The position numbers and the translations under genes are program-made. Shown here one piece after another: positions 1 to 9,453 of a stretch of DNA of 64,000 nt. The DNA is from a virus. The notes below the pieces were generated by a model. The model saw only the letters and a list, made by a program, of their open reading frames with translations, was not told where the DNA came from and did no database searches. Where the stretch lies: positions 28,216 through 92,215 of the IMG/VR virus record IMGVR_UViG_3300027763_002006. One strand, given 5' to 3'. Position 1 is the stretch's first letter. Each line of letters begins with the position of its first letter.

Positions 1-518
1 TCACGATTACCACGGCCTTTTTCCATTAAGAATTCATAGGCAGTACGATGTGCGCCACCGCCTGTGCCCACATTGATAGGCTTGGTAGTTGTGGAGATCA
101 GCTTGACAAAATCCTGCGGAGTGTTAACTGCGCTACTAGGATGTGCTACCAATACTAGTGGACTTTTGCCCATGGTCAGAACATCTACAAAGCTGTCGTA
201 GTTGTATTTTTTAATGTCTTTTTGCCAGATATCATTGGTTACATAACTGCTCATGTGGCTTGGTAGATTGATTGTGTAGCCGTCAGCGGCAGCTTCTAGT
301 ACCTTGTTGTTGGCAATGACACTGTCTGCGCCAGGAATGTTTTGTACAACATAAACAAACTTTGGGTTGGTCTTTTGTACAATTTCTGCCAGCTTGCGGA
401 AAGCCATTTCGTTGCCAGCGCCTGGAGTATTACCGACAATAACGGTAACTGGTTTAGTTGGTTCCCAGGCAAATGCCAGTGCTGGAACAAGAGCTAATAT
501 CGCTAATATTTTTTTCAT
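1..518 (-). CDS. Tripartite tricarboxylate transporter substrate-binding protein (Bug/TctC family), truncated by window edge
   Basis: Manually translated, not in ORF track: MKKILAILALVPALAFAWEPTKPVTVIVGNTPGAGNEMAFRKLA...VQNIPGADSVIA...ADGYTI; signal peptide plus Bug-type motifs. Confidence 0.8.
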   Translation of the reverse strand, partial: MKKILAILALVPALAFAWEPTKPVTVIVGNTPGAGNEMAFRKLAEIVQKTNPKFVYVVQNIPGADSVIANNKVLEAAADGYTINLPSHMSSYVTNDIWQKDIKKYNYDSFVDVLTMGKSPLVLVAHPSSAVNTPQDFVKLISTTTKPINVGTGGGAHRTAYEFLMEKGRGNR

Positions 519-610
519 AAAATATGTCCTTTAATTATTAAAATAGTGAATCTCGACACTATATACTGTATTACAACTTTTATTTATCAAGGATAATCAA
601 AAAATTTACT

Positions 611-1345
611 ATGAATACAAAAATTTTTAACCTTTTGCAAAAAAATCTGCAACTAGCATTTAATTTACCCAAGTATCAGAAAATTTCTGATAGTATCGGT
701 GAAAATACCATTGTTCAGGACTTGCCCTGGACGCCAGCTCGCTACCGAAAATTCAAAGACACAGTGGACATTGAATTAGGTCTACCCTGTGATTATATCG
801 GTACATTAAAAGCAATTACCGCAGATTTAAATGAACGTTATACACATCGTTTCTTTGCTGAGATTTGGAAACCACGTACAGGTGACTATGAGCACACTGG
901 CTGGGAATTAGCAGAAGAAATCAACAAACTAAATCCAGAAAAAGTGTTGGATGTGGGTTGTGGATATCATCCGTTCAAGGGACGTATTCAGAATTTGATT
1001 GGTATCGATCCCTACAATAATTGTGCTGACTATGAAGTAGATATCTTAGACTATAAAGTAAAACCAGAGAGTCATGATGTCATCATGGCCCTGGGTAGTA
1101 TTAACTTTAACAGCAAAGATGAAATTGAATCACGATTTAGTCACTGTGTGAGTTTGTTAAAACAGGGCGGAAAATTTTATCTACGTGCCAATCCCGGTAT
1201 TACTCACAAAACAGGTCCATACGTTGACATATTTGATTGGAGTTTTGAAATCGCCAGTGAATTTGCTGAAAAGTACAATTTAAATCTAGACGCTTTCAAG
1301 AAAGACGCCAACGACAGACTGTACTTTGTTTATACAAAAAAATAA
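611..1345 (+). CDS. Class I SAM-dependent methyltransferase
   Basis: VLDVGCG motif I, IGID, LKQGG. Confidence 0.8.
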   Translation: MNTKIFNLLQKNLQLAFNLPKYQKISDSIGENTIVQDLPWTPARYRKFKDTVDIELGLPCDYIGTLKAITADLNERYTHRFFAEIWKPRTGDYEHTGWELAEEINKLNPEKVLDVGCGYHPFKGRIQNLIGIDPYNNCADYEVDILDYKVKPESHDVIMALGSINFNSKDEIESRFSHCVSLLKQGGKFYLRANPGITHKTGPYVDIFDWSFEIASEFAEKYNLNLDAFKKDANDRLYFVYTKK

Positions 1346-1576
1346 TTATTTGTAATAAAGATAGAATAGGCCAGGAATAATAATAAAAAATTGCGGGATA
1401 AAATTAAGCATAAGTGCTTTTTCCCGCCATTTATAGCCTACATATATCCAGCCTGTGGCGCCTATCATTTGCACTAGGCTGTTCCAGGGTGTGATTCCCA
1501 AGACGTGCAATACCATTGCACAGAGAATAACAATGGCGCTGGCATACTTGATATACCAGACATGATCCCTTTTCAT
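1346..1576 (-). CDS. Small multi-pass membrane protein
   Basis: Three hydrophobic segments; overlaps the stop of the upstream gene. Confidence 0.6.
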   Translation of the reverse strand: MKRDHVWYIKYASAIVILCAMVLHVLGITPWNSLVQMIGATGWIYVGYKWREKALMLNFIPQFFIIIPGLFYLYYK

Positions 1577-2196
1577 TTTAATATTGCTATTGTGGAATCA
1601 AATACTTTAGTACCGACGTCTCCCACACTACGGCCTAAATTTTCTTTTACCCATGCAGTAGAAAATGGTTCAAGGGTCAATGAATGTTCTTGGACAAAAT
1701 CTAAAATAGCTTTGTTCTGTGCGTCAATTTCTTTTCGCATGGTTTCGTCGTCTTTATAAGCATCATAACAGGGATATTTAATTTCGAAACCACCGGTGGT
1801 TTTCCACCAGTCAAAGCTTTCGGTGCTGTCTCTAAAAACTACTATAATCCAATCATCGGGAAATGCTTTTTTAATATCATTGAGTTGATATGCCCAGTGA
1901 TGACTCTTGACTAATTTAACACCTTTACTGTCTTTTTCCCAGGCTCGATCTATATAGTCGGCATCTAATTTTGCATCAAATTCCATGCCAGGACCAAAAT
2001 ATGCACCTTTGTGTGATCCCTTGTGGTTCTTATTCTCGAGAAAACCATTGGTCACAGCAAAACTAACATGTTCATATGATCTTTCAGGTGTGCGATCCGT
2101 TTTATTAAAAGAGTCTAGTCGTTCAATAATTTGTGATACACCGCTCCAGCGACTTCCTGGTACGCCAGTAAAAAATATTCGTTTAGGTAATTTCAT
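1573..2196 (-). CDS. Sulfotransferase-like/P-loop-like protein
   Basis: N-terminal FFTGVPGSRWS, LVKSH, IIVVFRD pattern typical of the sulfotransferase fold. Confidence 0.5.
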   Translation of the reverse strand: MKLPKRIFFTGVPGSRWSGVSQIIERLDSFNKTDRTPERSYEHVSFAVTNGFLENKNHKGSHKGAYFGPGMEFDAKLDADYIDRAWEKDSKGVKLVKSHHWAYQLNDIKKAFPDDWIIVVFRDSTESFDWWKTTGGFEIKYPCYDAYKDDETMRKEIDAQNKAILDFVQEHSLTLEPFSTAWVKENLGRSVGDVGTKVFDSTIAILK

Positions 2197-2238
2197 GATA
2201 TTATTTAATAACTTTATTCTTTATTCTATGACAAACAA

Positions 2239-3201
2239 TTAAACCACAAATTCTTTAAAATCAAAACCATGGGCAGACATTAATTCTAAGTTTTTTTCGT
2301 GCCATATTCTAAAGTAGTAGTAAAATTGATTTGAATTTATTTCAAATATATCTTCCAAATAGCCCTTGTTAAAACATTTTGAAAAATCAATTTGTTTATA
2401 ATTATAAAATTCATTGCAAACAAAATTACATTGTAATACGTGACTTTCGTAGTCGCCATATAATTTATTTTCATATTTGTTGAATAAATCTTTAACACTT
2501 GAATTAATTAATTCACGGGGAGAATTAAATTCTTTGGAAATATACCGGTTAAAAATAGACATAACGGTTAGTAAAGGTATTCTGCTGACATTTAATTTAT
2601 CGATCTCTTCTAAATAAGCATCGATATTAAATATTTCTATACTATTGCGGTGTTTCTCTGTTTCTTGATGATGTTTAATCATATCAACAGCCATTGTATT
2701 TTTTAATGAACACAGTATATTTGCATACTTAAACCATACTTGTTTATCTTGAAACAAATAATAAGTTTTGTTATTAAAATATTGATTTATAATTGTGTGC
2801 GATCTAAATAATGGATTTTTACAGTTCTTTAAATATTCATCAACTTCAGTGAGTATGTCATTTAATTGTTGCTTATTATAGCGTTGATTAAAAATTGTAG
2901 CCAGCGAACTTTCTATATCAATTTTATTATATTCTTTGGGATTATAACTGGGTGTATCGGAAGGACACGAACTAATTATTATATTATAAAATTCGGGGTA
3001 TTTTAGTACAGTTCTATTAATTTCCTGGTTTATAATTAGATCGTATTTTTGATTTTTAAATTTATTGGAAAAAATATCAAGTTGATGAGTTAAAAATTCT
3101 CCGCCACTTCCGCCTTTAAACATAAAGAAACTCTGTGGCACTGACAGAGTTTCTCTTATTTTAGCTTCTAAATTTGTAATGCCACGATGGATTATTGCCA
3201 T
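2239..3201 (-). CDS. Hypothetical protein (possible sulfotransferase-like fold)
   Basis: 320 aa ORF with N-terminal FKGGSGGEFL loop. Confidence 0.5.
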   Translation of the reverse strand: MAIIHRGITNLEAKIRETLSVPQSFFMFKGGSGGEFLTHQLDIFSNKFKNQKYDLIINQEINRTVLKYPEFYNIIISSCPSDTPSYNPKEYNKIDIESSLATIFNQRYNKQQLNDILTEVDEYLKNCKNPLFRSHTIINQYFNNKTYYLFQDKQVWFKYANILCSLKNTMAVDMIKHHQETEKHRNSIEIFNIDAYLEEIDKLNVSRIPLLTVMSIFNRYISKEFNSPRELINSSVKDLFNKYENKLYGDYESHVLQCNFVCNEFYNYKQIDFSKCFNKGYLEDIFEINSNQFYYYFRIWHEKNLELMSAHGFDFKEFVV

Positions 3202-3224
3202 ATAGTATTATCAAAGCAAGCCCT

Positions 3225-3302
3225 TCATACAGGACTGTAAGGATTTCTTTTAGTGTCCGTTCCATCATCTTCGGGCCACACTGGATAGTCATTGGGGTTC
3301 AT
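3225..3302 (-). CDS. 25-aa micro-ORF MNPNDYPVWPEDDGTDTKRNPYSPV
   Basis: ATG overlaps the TAA of the nuclease gene (TAATG); fills the intergenic gap. Confidence 0.5.
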   Translation of the reverse strand: MNPNDYPVWPEDDGTDTKRNPYSPV

Positions 3303-3751
3303 TAGTTGCACCAGCTTTGTTTGGCCTCACCGTAGTATTCACGGGCAAAGCCGTTCTTGATCAACAAACCACGTAGGCTAACATTATTATCTAAAATAAT
3401 ATCGCCCAGCATACGGCCACCGTATTTGTCCCAGCTTAATACTGCTACACGGGCTGTTTTACTTTCAGTGATAACTTTCTTAGTAAATGCTGTGGCAGCT
3501 TCGCCTCGTTGTGCTTCACTAGGGCATAACGCTCTGTGACCTTTTTCTGGAGTGTCAACGCCGAATACACGAATGCTCATTTTCTTGGCCAATGGATCCG
3601 GTACCCAAGGTGTGGCAACTTCCACAGTGTCGCCATCTACAACACGGTTTATTTTCCAGTCATATATGACCATTGGCTTTTCTTTAGGTGCAGTTTGAGC
3701 ACTTGCTACTGTGCATATAGACAGTAATAGTATTGATATAATTCTTTTCAT
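3302..3751 (-). CDS. Thermonuclease (SNase-like) with signal peptide
   Basis: RVVDGDT, IRVFGVDTPE, DKYGGRMLG, LIKNGFAREY motifs; start moved to MKRIISILL. Confidence 0.9.
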   Translation of the reverse strand: MKRIISILLLSICTVASAQTAPKEKPMVIYDWKINRVVDGDTVEVATPWVPDPLAKKMSIRVFGVDTPEKGHRALCPSEAQRGEAATAFTKKVITESKTARVAVLSWDKYGGRMLGDIILDNNVSLRGLLIKNGFAREYYGEAKQSWCN

Positions 3752-3752
3752 T

Positions 3753-4388
3753 TTATTTCCATATAACCATTTTGAATCGTTCTTTCGGTACTCCGAAATA
3801 ATTGCACTTCCAATCGCTTTGTGCAAAGAAATCTAAATGGTGCCATTTCTCTTTGTATTTAATCAATTTATTCGCGGCATCTTCCCAATTGATATTTTGT
3901 AATATAGGTTCTATTTCTTGTTTGATTGCAGATATTTCATCGTAGTTAAAACTATCCCATTCCCAGTGTAATATTTCAAAAGCATTACCCTGCCTATCTA
4001 CATAGTCCATAGAGAAGTCTAATCCCCATTTTGGTCTCATTGATATAACTTTATATATTAGTGGAAGTTTTTCTGCCCAGTGTTGTAATTGTTCCAATGC
4101 GGCATCAGCATAGGCTTTGCGTTCAAATAAACTGCTGTGATTTAGAACTGCGCCTTCTAGTTTAGTAAACTGTGTGTGCCAGTCTTTTTTAATTGCAAAT
4201 CTATGTTCACGTTGCTTTTTAGGTTTAACATAATTGCCATAGGCAAAGAGCTGTTCTAATTTAGTTAAATCGTAGCCATTTTGATCAAACAATTCAATAT
4301 CTTCGTATGTGGGTTCATAAAGTAATTTGGCCACTGGATTTCTCCAATAGCCATCTTGTTCAAACACATTATCTGACAAAGTTACCAC
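3753..4388 (-). CDS. Hypothetical phage protein
   Basis: 211 aa ORF in operon. Confidence 0.6.
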   Translation of the reverse strand: MVTLSDNVFEQDGYWRNPVAKLLYEPTYEDIELFDQNGYDLTKLEQLFAYGNYVKPKKQREHRFAIKKDWHTQFTKLEGAVLNHSSLFERKAYADAALEQLQHWAEKLPLIYKVISMRPKWGLDFSMDYVDRQGNAFEILHWEWDSFNYDEISAIKQEIEPILQNINWEDAANKLIKYKEKWHHLDFFAQSDWKCNYFGVPKERFKMVIWK

Positions 4389-4780
4389 TTACGGCAACTC
4401 CAATAACGTGCTTTAGTTCTTGGTCCGGGATTGGCACAGTTATGTCTTGCTCTGAAACTACGTCTACGTGCAGGATTACTTTTCTTAATACGCATATTAG
4501 GATCGCCAAAGTTTACTTTAACAGTTTTACCTGTTTTGGGATTTTTAACATAAACTTTAAACTTCTTAACATCGCCTTGCATTGGCTTGCCTAGCTTAAC
4601 TGGGCGACCATGATACTCTGCTTCTAACAATGACATACCTGAGTCATTGTCTGTTTCACAGATATAATCGCCATTGTCTATGGCAGTGATCACAGTTTCG
4701 ACAACTTCGTCACCTATTTCTACTTCTAAGATGTCTCCGACTTCTGGAACATCATTGTCTAAGAATTCATCTAAACGCAT
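4382..4780 (-). CDS. Phage protein with basic C-terminal domain
   Basis: KKFKVYVKNPKTG..VNFGDPNMRIKKSNPARRRSFRARHNC..ARYWSC, a motif I recognise from large phages. Confidence 0.65.
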   Translation of the reverse strand: MRLDEFLDNDVPEVGDILEVEIGDEVVETVITAIDNGDYICETDNDSGMSLLEAEYHGRPVKLGKPMQGDVKKFKVYVKNPKTGKTVKVNFGDPNMRIKKSNPARRRSFRARHNCANPGPRTKARYWSCRKW

Positions 4781-4781
4781 T

Positions 4782-5612
4782 TTATTGTTCCCTCATTGTA
4801 AGCATAACAAGTTTATTTTCGTTGCCTGGCTGCTTTTTAAATTCCAAGGCCGCTGCATTGGCAGCAGATTTTCCTGTGTAAGATTTTGGAATAACTCGCC
4901 CGTCTACTCTCACATACCAAGTGCCCTGCGTATTTTGACGTTCACGCTCTTGTTCCATTCTACGATCAATTTCATGATGCTCGTCGTCTTCGCGTTCTCT
5001 GCGCCCCCAGTTTTCAGCACCGCCGTAGTCGCCTTGATATCCTGGCATATTGCTGTCCCATGAATCTCGTCCACTGCCTTCCGCCACACCTTCTGTGGGA
5101 CGAGCCGACTGTTGCGCTTGTTCTTGATTGTAAGTATCCAACCAATATTTGTCATGCTTTTCTAAATAACTTTCAGCGGCTTTCTTGTCCATTGTCACTG
5201 GCCATTCTTCTGCCCTCCAACGAAATTTTGTTTCACTTTTATAAGCTGTTTGTGCGTGTAGTTTTTCAAATTCTTGAACGTCAGACTGGTCGCCTACATA
5301 TTTGTAAATTAACTTTTTAATATAACCTTCTGCTTGACTGGGATTTTGTTGAATTAACTCTTTAAGTTTATCTAAACTATATAAACCTAATGCGCCTTGG
5401 CCTGCATTAATAGAAGTAACAGCAGCCATTAATGGACCCAGTGCGGCTGTGCCACTGGTCAATGCCAATGCACCACCTCCAGCGGCAATACCTAATGCCG
5501 CTAGCACAGCTGGATTTTCAACACTCCATCGAATAATGCTGGCCAATACACCAGTTGGATTCAATTGGAATTCGTCTAATGTTTGTTGTTCTGTAAGTTC
5601 GCTAAATCTCAT
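4782..5612 (-). CDS. Hypothetical protein (possible virion protein)
   Basis: 276 aa; MRFSEL..LDE N-terminus; TAAATA box upstream. Confidence 0.55.
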   Translation of the reverse strand: MRFSELTEQQTLDEFQLNPTGVLASIIRWSVENPAVLAALGIAAGGGALALTSGTAALGPLMAAVTSINAGQGALGLYSLDKLKELIQQNPSQAEGYIKKLIYKYVGDQSDVQEFEKLHAQTAYKSETKFRWRAEEWPVTMDKKAAESYLEKHDKYWLDTYNQEQAQQSARPTEGVAEGSGRDSWDSNMPGYQGDYGGAENWGRREREDDEHHEIDRRMEQERERQNTQGTWYVRVDGRVIPKSYTGKSAANAAALEFKKQPGNENKLVMLTMREQ

Positions 5613-5647
5613 AAAAAAATCCTTGCTAATATGTTATTTAGCAAGGA
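5613..5647 (-). terminator. Intrinsic-terminator-like hairpin containing a TAAATA late promoter and the next gene's RBS
   Basis: TCCTTGCTAA/TTAGCAAGGA 10-bp stem followed by T7 then ATG on the minus strand. Confidence 0.65.
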
Positions 5648-5669
5648 CTAGTCACGAAGTGAAATCTAA

Positions 5670-5945
5670 TTATTTCTTATTTGTGTTAGCTGTGTAAGCC
5701 TTCATAATGCCTTCACCGAACTTGTTGTAGTCAAATTTCATGGCATTTTGCATGGCTTTAGTTGTTTCGCTGGCCAATACTGTGAATGTATCAATGCCAA
5801 CTTTGGCAGCTTTCTTTGTGTATTCGGCTTGAGCATCAATGAACTCATTCATTGCTGTGGCCGCTGTTTCGTTTTGTACAAAAGTCTTAACGAATTGTTT
5901 CTTTGCACCTTGGACGGTGTCTATTGTTGCATCTACTGTAAACAT
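5670..5945 (-). CDS. Phasin-like small helical protein
   Basis: 91 aa Ala/Thr/Lys-rich amphipathic helical protein; PhaR-like operator upstream; SD AAGGAG. Confidence 0.45.
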   Translation of the reverse strand: MFTVDATIDTVQGAKKQFVKTFVQNETAATAMNEFIDAQAEYTKKAAKVGIDTFTVLASETTKAMQNAMKFDYNKFGEGIMKAYTANTNKK

Positions 5946-6017
5946 AATTTTCTCCTTAATGTAAGCAAGTAATAATATGACTCTTCTTAGACGTCATTGT
6001 TTATTATAACATTATTT

Positions 6018-6034
6018 ATGCGGCAGTGCAACAT
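6018..6034. promoter_or_regulatory. PhaR-like operator (ATGTTGCA-C-TGCCGCAT on minus strand)
   Basis: Imperfect TGC-rich palindrome abutting TAAATA box at 6013-6018. Confidence 0.5.
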
Positions 6035-6067
6035 TTTTCTCATACTTTATTAGTGGTTGGTCACTAA

Positions 6068-6460
6068 TTAGCTGTGCAATGTAACCAAAATTTGTTTAAC
6101 AGATTCTTTGGGCAATTCCATAACGTCGCCTTTAATTGCTGTGCAAAGTTTATTAAACCAAATTCTTGCTTCTTTGGCAGCATCGCGAGTATCTTCAAAC
6201 CAAATATCAATGAAGTAATCACTGTTTTTGATAGAATCAAATCTATTTGAATATCTTTCAAATGTTGCCATTTTAACACCGTCACTGACTGGCACAAAAT
6301 TGTAAACTTTTAACAAAGCCACAACTGCTGTGGCACGATCTAAGACTTTGCCGTTCCAAGCAAATATATCGTCAAACACTAATGCAGGTCGACCGCTGAG
6401 TTTACTGATCAGTGCGGCTTGACCAAGTTCAGTATCCAAGAGCCGTTGGGTCAAATTCAT
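6068..6460 (-). CDS. Hypothetical protein
   Basis: 130 aa ORF overlapping upstream gene. Confidence 0.55.
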   Translation of the reverse strand: MNLTQRLLDTELGQAALISKLSGRPALVFDDIFAWNGKVLDRATAVVALLKVYNFVPVSDGVKMATFERYSNRFDSIKNSDYFIDIWFEDTRDAAKEARIWFNKLCTAIKGDVMELPKESVKQILVTLHS

Positions 6461-7016
6461 AGTTGATTTCCTCGTTGTTGATAATATCTAAAAATTCGTC
6501 TGCGGGCATGACATAGCTGTAGCCCGCATATTTTGCGTATCTAGCTAGAAAGCCATGACGGTCTAATTTGTTTAATTTAAGCACGTAATTTTTAGCATCT
6601 TCAATTCCAGGCCCATAGGCTTTTAAATTCTCATCTACTGCAATTTGACAGCAGGTAAAGTCAAAGTTAGCAAATACATCGTCCACACTAGTATAATACG
6701 CTCTACGAATCAATTGTACTTTATAATCATCTATTGTATACGTTTTAGCATTGTCACTGCTAAATGTTTCGTAGATATAATTACCAAATGTATCATTTAA
6801 CCTAAGCATACATTGTTCATAGCTCTTGGGATTACTAAACCATATATCTATATCAGCAAAATTACTTTCACCTAATGCAATTTGTCTACCCATGCCTCCG
6901 GCGATCCAAGGTCCCTGAGCCGGCGTGCTGTCTTTGTAGATTGTATCTACAATATTTTGCAATGTAGGTTTTATCCCAGATTTAGGAGTTTGAAAAATAT
7001 CAAATAGGCTTTGCAT
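6429..7016 (-). CDS. Nucleotidyltransferase, poly(A) polymerase/CCA-adding head-domain-like
   Basis: WIAGGMGR, DIDIWF, FDFTCCQ motifs. Confidence 0.6.
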   Translation of the reverse strand: MQSLFDIFQTPKSGIKPTLQNIVDTIYKDSTPAQGPWIAGGMGRQIALGESNFADIDIWFSNPKSYEQCMLRLNDTFGNYIYETFSSDNAKTYTIDDYKVQLIRRAYYTSVDDVFANFDFTCCQIAVDENLKAYGPGIEDAKNYVLKLNKLDRHGFLARYAKYAGYSYVMPADEFLDIINNEEINYEFDPTALGY

Positions 7017-7143
7017 TTTTTTGAATTAATTTGAAAAGTTTGTAATAGTAAATGAATTGTCGTGGATAATGTTCAAAGTTGGGCAATTCACCGAACTCCG
7101 ACTCCATTGCACGATATAATGCCAATGCTTGTTCATCAGTCAT
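7000..7143 (-). CDS. 47-aa hypothetical protein MTDEQALALYRAMESEFGELPNFEHYPRQFIYYYKLF...
   Basis: Manually found; overlaps both neighbours. Confidence 0.6.
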   Translation of the reverse strand: MTDEQALALYRAMESEFGELPNFEHYPRQFIYYYKLFKLIQKNAKPI

Positions 7144-8152
7144 TTAACAAGCTCGCAAGTTTAAAGCTGGCAATGTTTTTGCCCTTGGCTTCACACATGA
7201 TATCGGCCCACGAATTATGGGTCAGTGCCCAAGTATTCACAGCATCATTCCAATAGAAGTCGCTGTGTGCTCTAAGTTTGCCACGCTTATAGCCACTATC
7301 CATTAGCGCATGGTAGGCGGGACGTTCATGTGGGGTGTGTTCGACAAGATAATCTTCCCTACTGAGACTATAGTGAATAACAGGGCGAACGCCGCGCCAA
7401 CTATCACTAATCTTTTTAATACGATCATCAGTATTTTCAATGTATTCTCCTGTTTTAATCCAATGGTGATGGACGTCAAGTACTAATGCACAAGTATCCA
7501 CTAATTCTAAACTATCCTCTATGCCCCAAGAAATTTCATCATTCTCGATGGTAAGGCAATTACGTGCTTCTACACTAAGACGCTTATATGCCTGCCTAAT
7601 GCCTGCAGGCCCACGTCTTCCGGCGATGTGTACATTAATCTTAAAGTCCTGGAACGACTTTCCGTATCCCATCCAGCGTACCATATCTGCATGATATTCA
7701 AACTCCTCTATACTACGATCAACAATGTCAGGAGTTTCACTAGCAAGTACACAAAACTGGCCAGGATGAAAAGACAAGCGTACATTATTAGTCCTAGCAA
7801 CATTGCCAATGTTCGAAAAAACTCTACTACAGTAGTCCATAACATCTCTACGCCGCCAGAAGTAACTCCAGCTGGGTTCAGTATAAGCAGGAAGCTGATC
7901 ACTGCCAAGGCGCACCATCCTAAGATTTTCTTCAAGTTGTCCTACTCTTTCTACCAATAATTTTGTAGCTTCTAAGTTTTGAACCATCAAGTCCCATAAC
8001 TTTTGTTCCGCTACTTCACGAGTTTGGCGGTTAAGCCAACTTATAGTAGTTGTTCCAGTGTTATATCTTTTAGCATTGTCTTTGGGTTTAATCCCATCGA
8101 CTTGTTCTGGGTGGTCAATCCATTTGCAAGCAAAACCAATTCGTTTAGTCAT
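7136..8152 (-). CDS. uvsE: UV damage endonuclease
   Basis: RIGFACK, RLSFHPGQFCVLAS, TIENDE, VLDVHHH, HYS, AHSD, IMCEAKGKN motifs. Confidence 0.93.
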   Translation of the reverse strand: MTKRIGFACKWIDHPEQVDGIKPKDNAKRYNTGTTTISWLNRQTREVAEQKLWDLMVQNLEATKLLVERVGQLEENLRMVRLGSDQLPAYTEPSWSYFWRRRDVMDYCSRVFSNIGNVARTNNVRLSFHPGQFCVLASETPDIVDRSIEEFEYHADMVRWMGYGKSFQDFKINVHIAGRRGPAGIRQAYKRLSVEARNCLTIENDEISWGIEDSLELVDTCALVLDVHHHWIKTGEYIENTDDRIKKISDSWRGVRPVIHYSLSREDYLVEHTPHERPAYHALMDSGYKRGKLRAHSDFYWNDAVNTWALTHNSWADIMCEAKGKNIASFKLASLLND

Positions 8153-8157
8153 AGTAT

Positions 8158-8186
8158 ATTATATACTAAACTTTAATTTAAGTCAA
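8158..8186 (-). promoter_or_regulatory. sigma70-type promoter, apparently leaderless uvsE mRNA
   Basis: TTGACT-17-TATAAT, ATG 5 nt downstream. Confidence 0.75.
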
Positions 8187-8545
8187 GATTTATGAATTAT
8201 CCAAGTTCCGCTACAATATTCTCGTTCAACGTCATAAACTTTCCAATTGATTTTGGTAAATTTTGCATTGGGAGTATATGTGAATTGTACAAAGGCAGGT
8301 TGGTCTGCTTTTAATTTATTTCTAAATTTAACATCTAACATTATGCTCACAGCTTGTTTCGAACCTTTGATAAATTGCTGTCCATCACTGGTATCTTTTA
8401 ACCATTGCGGTAGCATACTCAAAATAAAGCCACCTTGTACAACACCATCGATACTATGTACGGGTCCATTATCTCCGGTTAATTCGCCGAATTTTAAAAC
8501 TCGATCAAATGTAAAAGAAATTGGAAGTTCGCAGACTCGTTGCAT
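8183..8545 (-). CDS. Hotdog-fold (MaoC/thioesterase-like) protein
   Basis: FGELTGDNGPVH...VVQGGFILS resembles the MaoC hydratase motif. Confidence 0.6.
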   Translation of the reverse strand: MQRVCELPISFTFDRVLKFGELTGDNGPVHSIDGVVQGGFILSMLPQWLKDTSDGQQFIKGSKQAVSIMLDVKFRNKLKADQPAFVQFTYTPNAKFTKINWKVYDVEREYCSGTWIIHKS

Positions 8546-8572
8546 CTACTATTTAAAAGGCATGCTCGTTAT

Positions 8573-8929
8573 TTAGAATAATTTTTTACTTAATTGTTCC
8601 AAGACGGCATTATGTAAGTAACTTTGTTCTTCAATTGTTTCCATACTGCTTTCACAGTCAAAGTCATCATTGGGGAACATTTCTTCTAGACTGGCAAGGA
8701 TTTGGTCTCCCTGCTCTGCGTCTATGCTTGTGGCTAATCTAACATCATAGCAATGTGGATTGCCATCACCTTCGTTGTCGTCCAAATGATAGACCATTAC
8801 AGTGTCGTTATCATCTGGTTCGACATCAGCAAGTTCATTGACCACCATTAGATATGCTCGGGCTTCTTCACTTGAGAGTTTTCTATCCAAGCATAATCTA
8901 AAGTAGTGGTCAAATTCATCTATAATCAT
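8573..8929 (-). CDS. Acidic hypothetical protein
   Basis: 118 aa ORF. Confidence 0.55.
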   Translation of the reverse strand: MIIDEFDHYFRLCLDRKLSSEEARAYLMVVNELADVEPDDNDTVMVYHLDDNEGDGNPHCYDVRLATSIDAEQGDQILASLEEMFPNDDFDCESSMETIEEQSYLHNAVLEQLSKKLF

Positions 8930-8939
8930 AGTTAACTAC

Positions 8940-9443
8940 TTACGCTTTGCCTTCGACTTTTTCTTTGGTACGACCGTAGGCCGCAATACCAAGAACAGCA
9001 CCCATGGCAATGTGATATAATCCAGCACCTTGTAGTGTTAATGGTTGCCATTGACTTGTTACACTACCTTTGCTTAGAGCTTGTAACAAACTCCATAAGA
9101 TTGGAAATATAACAAAGTCCATGGTACATGTCAGCATATAGATCCAGCCCATGACTGGACGCCATTTTTTGTTGATCCAATCTTGTGCATCTTTGTCTAG
9201 CTTTACTGTGGATTCACCACCGGCATGCATTGCACCTGCGGCCTGTCCGCTGGTATTGTTAACTGGTGCTGATGCAAAGTTACTTGGTGCTGCCGGACCA
9301 AATGAACCACCGCTTGATGAAAAGTTAGAGCCACTTGAGTATCCTCCGCCAAATGAACTCTCTGGTCCGGGCGGGCTTCTAGTTGCGGCAATTTGCGGCA
9401 ATCTACCCGTGTCAATAATATCGTCTTCTTCCATTTTTGGCAT
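8940..9443 (-). CDS. 3TM-type holin-like membrane protein
   Basis: KWRPVMGW...LGIAAYGRTKEK pattern of the 3TM holin family. Confidence 0.6.
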   Translation of the reverse strand: MPKMEEDDIIDTGRLPQIAATRSPPGPESSFGGGYSSGSNFSSSGGSFGPAAPSNFASAPVNNTSGQAAGAMHAGGESTVKLDKDAQDWINKKWRPVMGWIYMLTCTMDFVIFPILWSLLQALSKGSVTSQWQPLTLQGAGLYHIAMGAVLGIAAYGRTKEKVEGKA

Positions 9444-9453
9444 AATTAAATCC

